Of a stretch of 45,247 nt of DNA, positions 38,720-45,247 are shown piece by piece. The translations under genes were made by a program, and so were the position numbers. The notes beneath the pieces were generated by a model. It was not told the origin of the DNA. It made no database searches and saw only the letters and a program-made list of their open reading frames with translations. Position 1 is the stretch's first letter. Each line of letters begins with the position of its first letter. Source of the DNA: Pseudomonadota bacterium (lineage in GTDB: Bacteria > Pseudomonadota > Gammaproteobacteria > Xanthomonadales > Rhodanobacteraceae); the NCBI GenBank assembly GCA_018240485.1, contig JAFEFR010000044.1:1-45247 (forward strand). The letters run 5' to 3'.

Positions 38720-39202
38720 CTAGTCGCGAAAATTCTCGTACTGCAACGGCATTTTCCACTCCGCCGCGCGCAGCAGCGCGATGGCCGCTTGCAGGTCGTC
38801 GCGTTTCTTGCCGGTCACGCGCAGCTTGTCGCCCTGAATCTGCGCTTCGACTTTCAACTTCGCGCCCTTGATCACCGCCACGATCTCCTTCGCCAGCGGC
38901 TGCTCGATGCCTTGCTTGAGCGTCACTTTCTGTTTCGCACTGGCGAGATTGGTTTCGGCATCGTCCACCTCCATGCAGCGGATGTCGATCTGCCGGCTGG
39001 CGAGGCGTTGCTTCAAAATATCGAGCATCTGCTTCAACTGGAACTCGGCCTTCGCCTTCATCGTCACCACGGTTTCCTCACGCTCGTAGACCGCGCCCGT
39101 GCCCTTGAAGTCGAAGCGATTGGTCAATTCGCGATTGGCTTGATCGACCGCGTTGGTCAACTCGTGCAGGTCGAGCTTGGAGACGATGTCGAAGGAAGGC
39201 AT
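38720..39202 (-). CDS. yajQ: YajQ family nucleotide / c-di-GMP-binding protein
   Basis: MPSFDIVS, NAVDQANREL..RFDFKG, RVTGKKRDDLQ, ENFRD. Confidence 0.96.
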   Translation of the reverse strand: MPSFDIVSKLDLHELTNAVDQANRELTNRFDFKGTGAVYEREETVVTMKAKAEFQLKQMLDILKQRLASRQIDIRCMEVDDAETNLASAKQKVTLKQGIEQPLAKEIVAVIKGAKLKVEAQIQGDKLRVTGKKRDDLQAAIALLRAAEWKMPLQYENFRD

Positions 39203-39957
39203 GGCGAATTCCGCGGGAGTCGCGTGGATTGTATACCGAGCGCATCGAGCCAGCCGAAGCGCGCCAGCACTCGCCGCCACGCCTCGTCCAGCGGCGCCTC
39301 GATGCACAATGCCGCGCCGCTGCGCGGATGCACGAACTCCAATCGCCACGCATGCAACAACATGCGCTGCAAGCCGAAGTGCATGCGCCACAGCCGGTTG
39401 TGATCGCCGCGGCCATGACTCGTGTCGCCGAGGATGTGATGCGAGACGTGATGGAAGTGCTTGCGAATCTGCCGATAGCGCCCGGTCTCCGGCGACGCTT
39501 CGACGAGTGCGTAGCGCTGCTCGGGATAACGCCCCATCTCGATCGGCACCGTCGTCGTCGCGAGCGTGCGCCAGCGCGTCAGTGCCGGCTTGCGCGGCCC
39601 GTGCTCGCGCACGCCGGGCAGCGCATAGTCGATCTCGCCCTCGGCCGCCGGCCAGCCGCGCACGACCGCGAGATATTTCTTCGTCACCTCACGCGCCATG
39701 AACGCGCGGCCGATTTCGCCCGCGATCTCGCGCGACGTCGCCAACAGCAGCACGCCCGAGGTCGCGCGGTCGAGTCGATGCGCGAGATACAGATTCGCAC
39801 CGGCCTGTTGCCTGATCCGGTCGATCAAAAAATCGGTTTCGTCGTTGGCGATTTTGCTGCGGTGGACGAGCAAGCCCGCCGGCTTGTTCACCGCCAGCAG
39901 GTCGGCATCGTCAAAGATGATTTCGATGGCTTCGGGCACTGTCGTTGCGGACACCAA
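39157..39957 (-). CDS. truC: RluA-family pseudouridine synthase (TruC-like)
   Basis: VNKPAGLLVHRS, HRLDRATSG catalytic Asp, TGRYRQIRKHF, ILGDTSHG. Start uncertain. Confidence 0.9.
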   Translation of the reverse strand: MVSATTVPEAIEIIFDDADLLAVNKPAGLLVHRSKIANDETDFLIDRIRQQAGANLYLAHRLDRATSGVLLLATSREIAGEIGRAFMAREVTKKYLAVVRGWPAAEGEIDYALPGVREHGPRKPALTRWRTLATTTVPIEMGRYPEQRYALVEASPETGRYRQIRKHFHHVSHHILGDTSHGRGDHNRLWRMHFGLQRMLLHAWRLEFVHPRSGAALCIEAPLDEAWRRVLARFGWLDALGIQSTRLPRNSPCLPSTSSPSSTCTS

Positions 39958-39960
39958 GAC

Positions 39961-40380
39961 TCAGCGCCGTCGGTGTTCGAGAAAATCCGCAGGCGTCATG
40001 ATCGCGACGCCGCGAAATGGATGCAGGTCGAGCAAATCATGATCGCTGCTGACCAAAACGACGGCCGCGCAGGAAACGGCCAGCGCTAGGAATTTGTCGT
40101 CCTTGGGATCGCGGCACGCCTTGGCGCTTTCGCGCACGTCACAAGACGTCGTGACTTTCCGATACAGATCGAGAAACGCACTACGCTCGCTGCGATCGAG
40201 ATAGCGGTCGAACTTCGCGCGCAACAACACGTTTTCGAGTTTTCGCAACGTGTCGGGCGACGTACAGATTTCATGGCCGGCGAGCGCCTTGCGAAAAGCC
40301 TGCGCCGGCGTCGATTCGACACGCAATGCCGCGCTGACCAGCGTGCTCGTGTCGAATACGACACGCTCAACGAAGCGCAT
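39961..40380 (-). CDS. PIN-domain toxin (VapC-like)
   Basis: VVFDTSTLVSA, CRDPKDDKFLALA, LVSSDHDLL. Overlaps the antitoxin. Confidence 0.9.
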   Translation of the reverse strand: MRFVERVVFDTSTLVSAALRVESTPAQAFRKALAGHEICTSPDTLRKLENVLLRAKFDRYLDRSERSAFLDLYRKVTTSCDVRESAKACRDPKDDKFLALAVSCAAVVLVSSDHDLLDLHPFRGVAIMTPADFLEHRRR

Positions 40381-40642
40381 CGACCATCCGGCTCACGTCG
40401 GCATCCGTCAGTTTTTTCGCCGCAGCGGACACCTTGCCAGCCACGCGCGCTCGATAGGCGTCATAGGCTTTCACGGCGGCGGCGCGGCGATCGCGCCCTT
40501 CGATCAACTCCTGCATGTCCGCTGGTGAAACAAGAAAGGCGACAGGGCGGCCGCGGCGAGTGATGGTCACCGGCTCGCGCTGCGCGGTGTCCAGCAATTC
40601 ACCAAAGCGGTTTTGCGCTTCAACCGACGACAAGGTTTTCAT
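40367..40642 (-). CDS. Phd/YefM family antitoxin
   Basis: MKTLSSVEAQNRFGELLD..EPVTITRRGRPVA. GAGG RBS. Confidence 0.92.
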   Translation of the reverse strand: MKTLSSVEAQNRFGELLDTAQREPVTITRRGRPVAFLVSPADMQELIEGRDRRAAAVKAYDAYRARVAGKVSAAAKKLTDADVSRMVDALR

Positions 40643-40664
40643 GCGACACCTCGCCAAACAAGCC

Positions 40665-40685
40665 AATATGGAGATATTAGCTAAT
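40665..40685. promoter_or_regulatory. Probable toxin-antitoxin autoregulatory operator
   Basis: Overlapping palindromes AATAT-GGAG-ATATT and ATTAGCTAAT just upstream of the antitoxin. Confidence 0.45.
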
Positions 40686-40720
40686 CCAAGGACTTTGCGC
40701 CACCGCTTCAGGCACTCATA

Positions 40721-40754
40721 TTGACAAGCCGATTCCTGCGACGCAGATTGTCGC
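40721..40754 (+). promoter_or_regulatory. Sigma70 promoter of the WYL gene overlapped by putative WYL operator 1
   Basis: TTGACA-N17-CAGATT. The palindrome TGCGAC-GCAGATT-GTCGC (40737-54) straddles the -10. Confidence 0.7.
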
Positions 40755-40827
40755 CTTTTCATGCGACAAGGCGCACAACGAAGCACAGCGCCCGCGCATG
40801 CCATCCTCGCCCTACCGGATTGCGACC

Positions 40828-41859
40828 ATGTCCAAGCATCAGGATGCCTTGCTGCGCCAATGGAGCATGTTGCGCCGCGTGCCGCGCTATCCGGCCAAGG
40901 TCACCGTGCAAGCGTTGCGGGAGAAACTGGCCGACGATGGTTTCGAGATCACGCAGCGATCGCTGCAACGCGACCTCAACGAATTGTCGGGCGCGTTCGC
41001 CATCGTCTGCGACGACCGCGAGAAGCCCTACGGCTGGAGCTGGCAGAAGGACGCGCCGAGCCTCGACCTGCCCGGCCTCACGCCCGCACAGGCGCTGACG
41101 CTCGCGATGGCCGAGCAGCACCTGCAAAACCTGCTGCCCGCACCGATGCTCGAACAACTGCGCCCGTACTTCCTCGCCGCGCGCCAACGCCTCGACGCCG
41201 AACCTGCGCCACGCCGCAGCCGCCGCTGGCTCGACAAAGTTCGCTCGGTGCCGGCAACGCAGGCCTTGCTCGCGCCGTCCATCGACGCCGGCGTGCAGGA
41301 CGCGGTGACCGAGGCCCTGCTGCACGAACGCCAACTCGACATCTGCTACCGCCGCCGCGGCGAGCGCACGGATGCGCAGGCGCGCGTGCATCCACTCGCG
41401 CTGGTGCAGCGCGGGCCGGTGCTGTACCTGTCCTGCCGCTTCTACGACTACGAGGACGTGCGCATGCTGCCGCTGCATCGCATCTCGTTCGCGCAAGTGC
41501 GCGATGAGGCCGCCCGCTACCCGAAACACTTCTCGCTCGACGAGCAGATCGAACAAGGCGAATGGGCGTTCGGCTCCGGCAAGAAGATCAAACTGGTCGC
41601 GCTTTTCGAAGCCGAACACGGCGAGCATCTCTACGAAACGCCGCTGTCGAAGGATCAGAAGATCGACGTGTTGCCGGATGGCAAGCTGCGCGTCACCGCG
41701 ACGGTGGCCGATACTCCGCAGTTGGTGTGGTGGTTGTTGGGGTTTGGTTGCGGGATCGAAGTACAAAATACGAAGGCGCTTCGAACTCGCCTTCGTGAAG
41801 CTGCGATTGGAATGGCGAGTTTGTACCGAGAGAAGCGACGAGGAACGCCTAGACTGTAA
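40828..41859 (+). CDS. HTH-WYL-WCX transcriptional regulator
   Basis: wHTH ITQRSLQRDLNEL, WYL VHPLALVQRGPVLYL..LPLHRI, WCX ETPLSKDQ..QLVWWLLGFG. Confidence 0.95.
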   Translation: MSKHQDALLRQWSMLRRVPRYPAKVTVQALREKLADDGFEITQRSLQRDLNELSGAFAIVCDDREKPYGWSWQKDAPSLDLPGLTPAQALTLAMAEQHLQNLLPAPMLEQLRPYFLAARQRLDAEPAPRRSRRWLDKVRSVPATQALLAPSIDAGVQDAVTEALLHERQLDICYRRRGERTDAQARVHPLALVQRGPVLYLSCRFYDYEDVRMLPLHRISFAQVRDEAARYPKHFSLDEQIEQGEWAFGSGKKIKLVALFEAEHGEHLYETPLSKDQKIDVLPDGKLRVTATVADTPQLVWWLLGFGCGIEVQNTKALRTRLREAAIGMASLYREKRRGTPRL

Positions 41860-42508
41860 GCGGTTGTAGTGTTTGAAAATCCGTCGTCCACGTCCAGCTA
41901 GGCAAGCCATCTGACCTGTCTTGTCGGCCAACTAGGATGAGATATTCAGAGTTGTCCTTGGCGGAATAGCAAGCATCAACCTTGTTGCGCATATCGAGCA
42001 GCCGTTTTAATTGCTCTCGGCATCGTTTCGATGGCTCCAATCCCGGTCGATCGTATGTAACGATGACTTTGAGTGGCGCACGCCAGAACAGGAGCTTCCA
42101 CATTTCTTCCTGGATGAGATTGATCTTGTTCTCATGTTCGATGACGACGGCTAGGTGCGACGCGTACCCCCAGTGCGGATCGTTCTCATTCCCGCCAAAT
42201 AGACTCACGCCATTTACAAACATCATGTCAATCCGATTCTCCTCCTTACGGATTTGCTTCGGCTCAAAACGAAGATCTTGCCCACAAAGACCAAGAAGCC
42301 CTTTTTTCCCCATCCATTCAGCGAGATCTACTGGCACTTTTTTTTCGTTTGCGTCTCCTAGCATCCACGCGGTCCACTGGCTCCCATCCTCATAAGCGCC
42401 AAAGACTGCTCGCTGCTCCATGCGGCTCAAGAGCTCTTCCCACCGCAACCCGAATACTTTCAGAAAGTCCTGTGAGGAAATTATCCTTGCGTTTGATGTG
42501 TCGTTCAT
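41849..42508 (-). CDS. Hypothetical protein, putative PD-(D/E)XK-like nuclease
   Basis: Lower-GC ORF with the pattern E..RID...IEHEN...EEMWKL..LKVIVTY. Confidence 0.6.
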   Translation of the reverse strand: MNDTSNARIISSQDFLKVFGLRWEELLSRMEQRAVFGAYEDGSQWTAWMLGDANEKKVPVDLAEWMGKKGLLGLCGQDLRFEPKQIRKEENRIDMMFVNGVSLFGGNENDPHWGYASHLAVVIEHENKINLIQEEMWKLLFWRAPLKVIVTYDRPGLEPSKRCREQLKRLLDMRNKVDACYSAKDNSEYLILVGRQDRSDGLPSWTWTTDFQTLQPLTV

Positions 42509-42570
42509 AGCGATTGCACGGTTCGCATTGCGGCTGACGATAGTAGTCAGACGATGTAGCTGCAAAAGGT

Positions 42571-42604
42571 TGCGACCCAATTTGTCGCATGTATGTTGCA
42601 TATT
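42571..42604 (+). promoter_or_regulatory. Putative WYL operator 2 with downstream -10
   Basis: Perfect TGCGAC-CCAATTT-GTCGCA (42571-89). CATATT lies 10 nt after TGTCGC. Confidence 0.7.
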
Positions 42605-42638
42605 GCAGTGTACCAGAAGCGATGAATGCTGCTATCAC

Positions 42639-43058
42639 ATGCCGAGACGCATGAGACGCGAGAGACTGTACGTCCCTTTTGAGTCGCTGACGACCAAAGA
42701 TCAGGAACGCCGCCGACAGCTCAACCTGCGCCTGCGCGAAATCGAGGCATGGGCGCATGCGCGTACTCCGGCGGTCGATACCATGAAATCGATGACGAAA
42801 TTTGCGCCGCGCCTGTTGCTGGCGGCGTGTATTCAAACTGCATTTCTGCCGGCGCTGGTCCCTGGCGCACCGCACGGGAGCGCGAATGTCGTGTCCGAAT
42901 ACCGCGTCGAGTACAAGCTGCGAAACCTCGGGACCGGGGCAATTGGCGAATCGCACGTTGCCTACGTGCGCGCGCCGAGCGAGGCCAACGTCGTGGCCGA
43001 ACTGCGTCGGCAGAACCCCGGCAAGGACGTAGTGATTCTTTCGTTGGTCGGGAAGTAG
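42639..43058 (+). CDS. Hypothetical protein (alternative start 42783 gives a signal-peptide-like N-terminus)
   Basis: First ATG after operator 2. Compact C-terminal domain EYRVEYKL..VRAPSEANVVAELRRQNPGKDVVILSL. 15 nt from the next gene. Confidence 0.55.
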   Translation: MPRRMRRERLYVPFESLTTKDQERRRQLNLRLREIEAWAHARTPAVDTMKSMTKFAPRLLLAACIQTAFLPALVPGAPHGSANVVSEYRVEYKLRNLGTGAIGESHVAYVRAPSEANVVAELRRQNPGKDVVILSLVGK

Positions 43059-43073
43059 GCACGGCAGCGCTGA

Positions 43074-43895
43074 ATGCAAACGCATGTCCCGAACGGTTGG
43101 GATCATCCAAGACTGGCGCTGCTGACCGACAACGGCATGGCGTGGCGCTTCCGTGCGCAACTCGCCACCAGGGATTACGCCGTGATCGATTGCCGTGGCG
43201 CATCCCCATCGGCAGTCTATGACGAGCTGGTGCGCCTGCAGCCCTATGTGATCGCCGTTTCCCTGCGTGATCCGCAACGGTATGCGACCACGGTTCTCGA
43301 TTATGCGAGTGCAAAACGATGCGCCGACTACTGCCTGTTTTGGGCAGGCCCGCAACAATGGCTGCGCGGCCTCGATCCGCAGTTGCTCGAGCACCTTGGG
43401 GAAAGCCATCTCCCGGAATATAACGAACGCTCGGCGCTGCAGGATGCGATCGCGCTTGCGCGCCTGTTGTTCATGACCGGCCATCCGGGCCTGATCAGCG
43501 TTGATCTTGTGGATATTCGCACGTGTTTGGCCAGTGGTGGACAGAATGCGCGCTTCGCCGTGGAGTCCATCTACATTCCCAATCCGCCACGCCGCCGCTC
43601 CTGTCACAAGCAGCTGCGCCGCCTGCGGCGGAAATTCGCCGATGTGCGCGGAGCAGGTATCTGCTTTGAACTGCAACATGGCTTTCGCCTGTCAGATTTG
43701 GATGTGGTTTTTGGAGCGATGCACGATTCCGTTTCTGAATCCACGCTCATTGTTGCCGGAGCTCCGAGCCATGTCCTGAGACCATGCGGACTGAAAATGC
43801 GCCTGCTGATCGGATTTGTTTGGCTACCGCCAGACAGCCGCGCAGCGACCATCGACAGTGACCTGCCCGGTTTTTTCAGACCACGGATAGGTTGA
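43074..43895 (+). CDS. Degenerate FtsZ-like protein (T7 loop, C-terminal domain and C-terminal peptide; no GTP-binding signature)
   Basis: PGLISVDLVDIRTCL resembles FtsZ PGL(I/M)NVDFADVRTVM. VRGAGICFELQHGFRLSDLDVVFGAMHDSVSESTLIVAG resembles ARGVLVNITAGFDLRLDEFETVGNTIRAFASDNATVVIG. The tail DLPGFFR resembles DIPAFLR. No GGGTGTG. Confidence 0.75.
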   Translation: MQTHVPNGWDHPRLALLTDNGMAWRFRAQLATRDYAVIDCRGASPSAVYDELVRLQPYVIAVSLRDPQRYATTVLDYASAKRCADYCLFWAGPQQWLRGLDPQLLEHLGESHLPEYNERSALQDAIALARLLFMTGHPGLISVDLVDIRTCLASGGQNARFAVESIYIPNPPRRRSCHKQLRRLRRKFADVRGAGICFELQHGFRLSDLDVVFGAMHDSVSESTLIVAGAPSHVLRPCGLKMRLLIGFVWLPPDSRAATIDSDLPGFFRPRIG

Positions 43896-43972
43896 GGACG
43901 GCTTCCGGTTGACGTTGACCGGAATTTCGAACACTTCAAAACCAGAGGCAGGTCAACCGCTAACCTCAAGTC

Positions 43973-44006
43973 ATACGACATTGTTTGTCGCAGGCATCAA
44001 GACAAT
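43973..44006 (+). promoter_or_regulatory. Putative WYL operator 3 with downstream -10
   Basis: ATACGAC-ATTGTTT-GTCGCA (43973-92). GACAAT lies 9 nt after TGTCGC. Confidence 0.7.
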
Positions 44007-44037
44007 GGGCGGCATTCCAAACCCATTGCATGCCACC

Positions 44038-44994
44038 ATGTCCGAACGCGACACCTTGCGCAGGCTGATCGACGCTTGTGCGCAAACACTCAACGCTGCC
44101 ATTCGCAGCGGAGACTATTCGACGCAGCATGTGCGGGAAATCGTCTCTGCCGCCAACCAAAAGATACAGATCATTGCGGACGAAACCGAGTGGCGCAGTT
44201 CTTCCGCCGCGGTGGGATTGCGTTCTTCGGTCAAGGATGCGTTCCAGGTCATTCATCATCGCCATGAAAGGAAGGGGGCCGCTCCCGGCCTGCCGACAGG
44301 CTTTGTCAAACTCGATGAATTGATGGGCGGATTCATGCCCGGCAGCCTGATTGCCCTGGCATCGGAGGCTTGTGCCGGCAAGTCCGCTCTGGCAGCGCAG
44401 ATCGCCGCGCATCGCGCCGTGGAGGACAAACAACCCGTTTGCGTGTTCTCGATGAAACGATCGGCCACGGAATACACGCTGCGCTTGATCGCGGCGTTGG
44501 GCTCGGTCGATCGGCAACACCTGCGCGATGGCAACTTTGAGGAAGATGACTGGCCCAGCGTGACGAAAGCGATCACGCAACTCAGCGATGCAAAAATTCT
44601 TGTTGATGCCACGACCACGCAGTCCATTCTCACCCTGCGCTCGCGCATGCGTGCCACGCTGCGCATGCATAAGGCGAAGCTGGTCGTGATCGACAGTCTG
44701 GAGCTGATGGACAAACCCGACTGCGCGGCTGACCTGCGCGGCATAGCCCGAGAATTCGATGCCGCCGTGCTGGTACTTGCCCAATCGCGCGGCGCAGTCG
44801 ATGTGTACGCACGCCTGCGTGATCATTCGCTCGAAGATCATGCCGATGCGATCCTGCTGCTGGACCGCAATCAAACCGATTCCCCCGAAAGCGCGCGGCT
44901 CATCGTCGCGCGCAATCGCAATGGCCGCACGGGCGAGGTGAAGCTGCGCTATTTCCCGCAATTCGCATGGTTTGAGGAGGCTCGAACGGCATGA
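44038..44994 (+). CDS. DnaB-like helicase paralog, N-terminally truncated and degenerate
   Basis: GLPTGFVKLDELMGGF..GSLI, AGKS Walker A, FSMK in place of FSLE, VIDSLELM, SLEDHADAILLLDR, ARNRNGRTG. Confidence 0.88.
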   Translation: MSERDTLRRLIDACAQTLNAAIRSGDYSTQHVREIVSAANQKIQIIADETEWRSSSAAVGLRSSVKDAFQVIHHRHERKGAAPGLPTGFVKLDELMGGFMPGSLIALASEACAGKSALAAQIAAHRAVEDKQPVCVFSMKRSATEYTLRLIAALGSVDRQHLRDGNFEEDDWPSVTKAITQLSDAKILVDATTTQSILTLRSRMRATLRMHKAKLVVIDSLELMDKPDCAADLRGIAREFDAAVLVLAQSRGAVDVYARLRDHSLEDHADAILLLDRNQTDSPESARLIVARNRNGRTGEVKLRYFPQFAWFEEARTA

Positions 44995-45128
44995 GCGATG
45001 AAGTCAACGCGAATCCCGAGACTTCGCAGTCGCATGGCCGCACGCTGTTCTGCGGACTCGTGATGATCGTTGCTCTTGTTTTTGCATTGCACACGATCTT
45101 TTCGCTACGTCCGCGCGTCATTCCTTGA
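44991..45128 (+). CDS. 45-aa single-TM peptide translationally coupled to the DnaB paralog
   Basis: ATGA start/stop overlap and GAGGAGG RBS upstream. Sequence MSDEVNANPETSQSHGRTLFCGLVMIVALVFALHTIFSLRPRVIP. Confidence 0.6.
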   Translation: MSDEVNANPETSQSHGRTLFCGLVMIVALVFALHTIFSLRPRVIP

Positions 45129-45150
45129 AATCGAAGCTTGGCTCGCAGGA

Positions 45151-45247
45151 TCAGTGCGTGCGCCGCCACACGACGAAAAACGCCACCGCACTGACCGCCA
45201 GCGCAATCCACGCCGACACGGGCACATGCAGCCATTGCGCGCCATGC
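45151..45247 (-). CDS. 3' end of a membrane protein gene running off the window
   Basis: ...WLHVPVSAWIALAVSAVAFFVVWRRTH-stop on the minus strand. Confidence 0.45.
   Translation of the reverse strand, partial: HGAQWLHVPVSAWIALAVSAVAFFVVWRRTH

Noticed and set aside
43074-43895. Bona fide ftsZ
   Set aside because: No GTP-binding signature, too short, and not in a dcw cluster.
43909-44994. Bona fide dnaB, or a prophage replication module
   Set aside because: It lacks the N-terminal domain and catalytic Glu, and no phage or integrase genes are present in the window. The longer starts overlap operator 3.
1-45247. CRISPR array, rRNA, IS element or integron
   Set aside because: I saw no regularly spaced direct repeats, rRNA-like sequence, transposase/integrase ORF or convincing attC sites.

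Overview
High-GC chromosomal window whose gene content and order suggest a Xanthomonadales/Rhodanobacteraceae-like gammaproteobacterium (inferred). Most of it is housekeeping: icd, an MBOAT O-acylation pair, an RND pump, zapE, lipase-fadL, sppA, a MATE pump, an ECF sigma operon, priA, ndh, rpoH, an ankyrin protein, yajQ and truC. Several non-coding elements are missed by the ORF track. These are a tRNA-Ile2(CAU) split by a 252-nt Azoarcus-type group I intron, a DARS-like DnaA-box cluster with an IHF site upstream of priA, a perfect CIRCE upstream of rpoH, and a C-rich-loop sRNA. The most striking region is the accessory block at about 40.0-45.1 kb. It holds a Phd-PIN toxin-antitoxin pair and an HTH-WYL regulator. 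A palindrome, T(G/A)CGAC-N7-GTCGC, occurs three times: over the regulator's own promoter, before an operon encoding a GTP-site-less FtsZ look-alike, and before an apparently catalytically dead DnaB paralog coupled to a 45-aa membrane peptide. I infer this is a candidate damage- or phage-inducible cell-cycle-arrest system built from dominant-negative mimics of FtsZ and DnaB. All homology calls come from motif recognition by eye; no database search was run.
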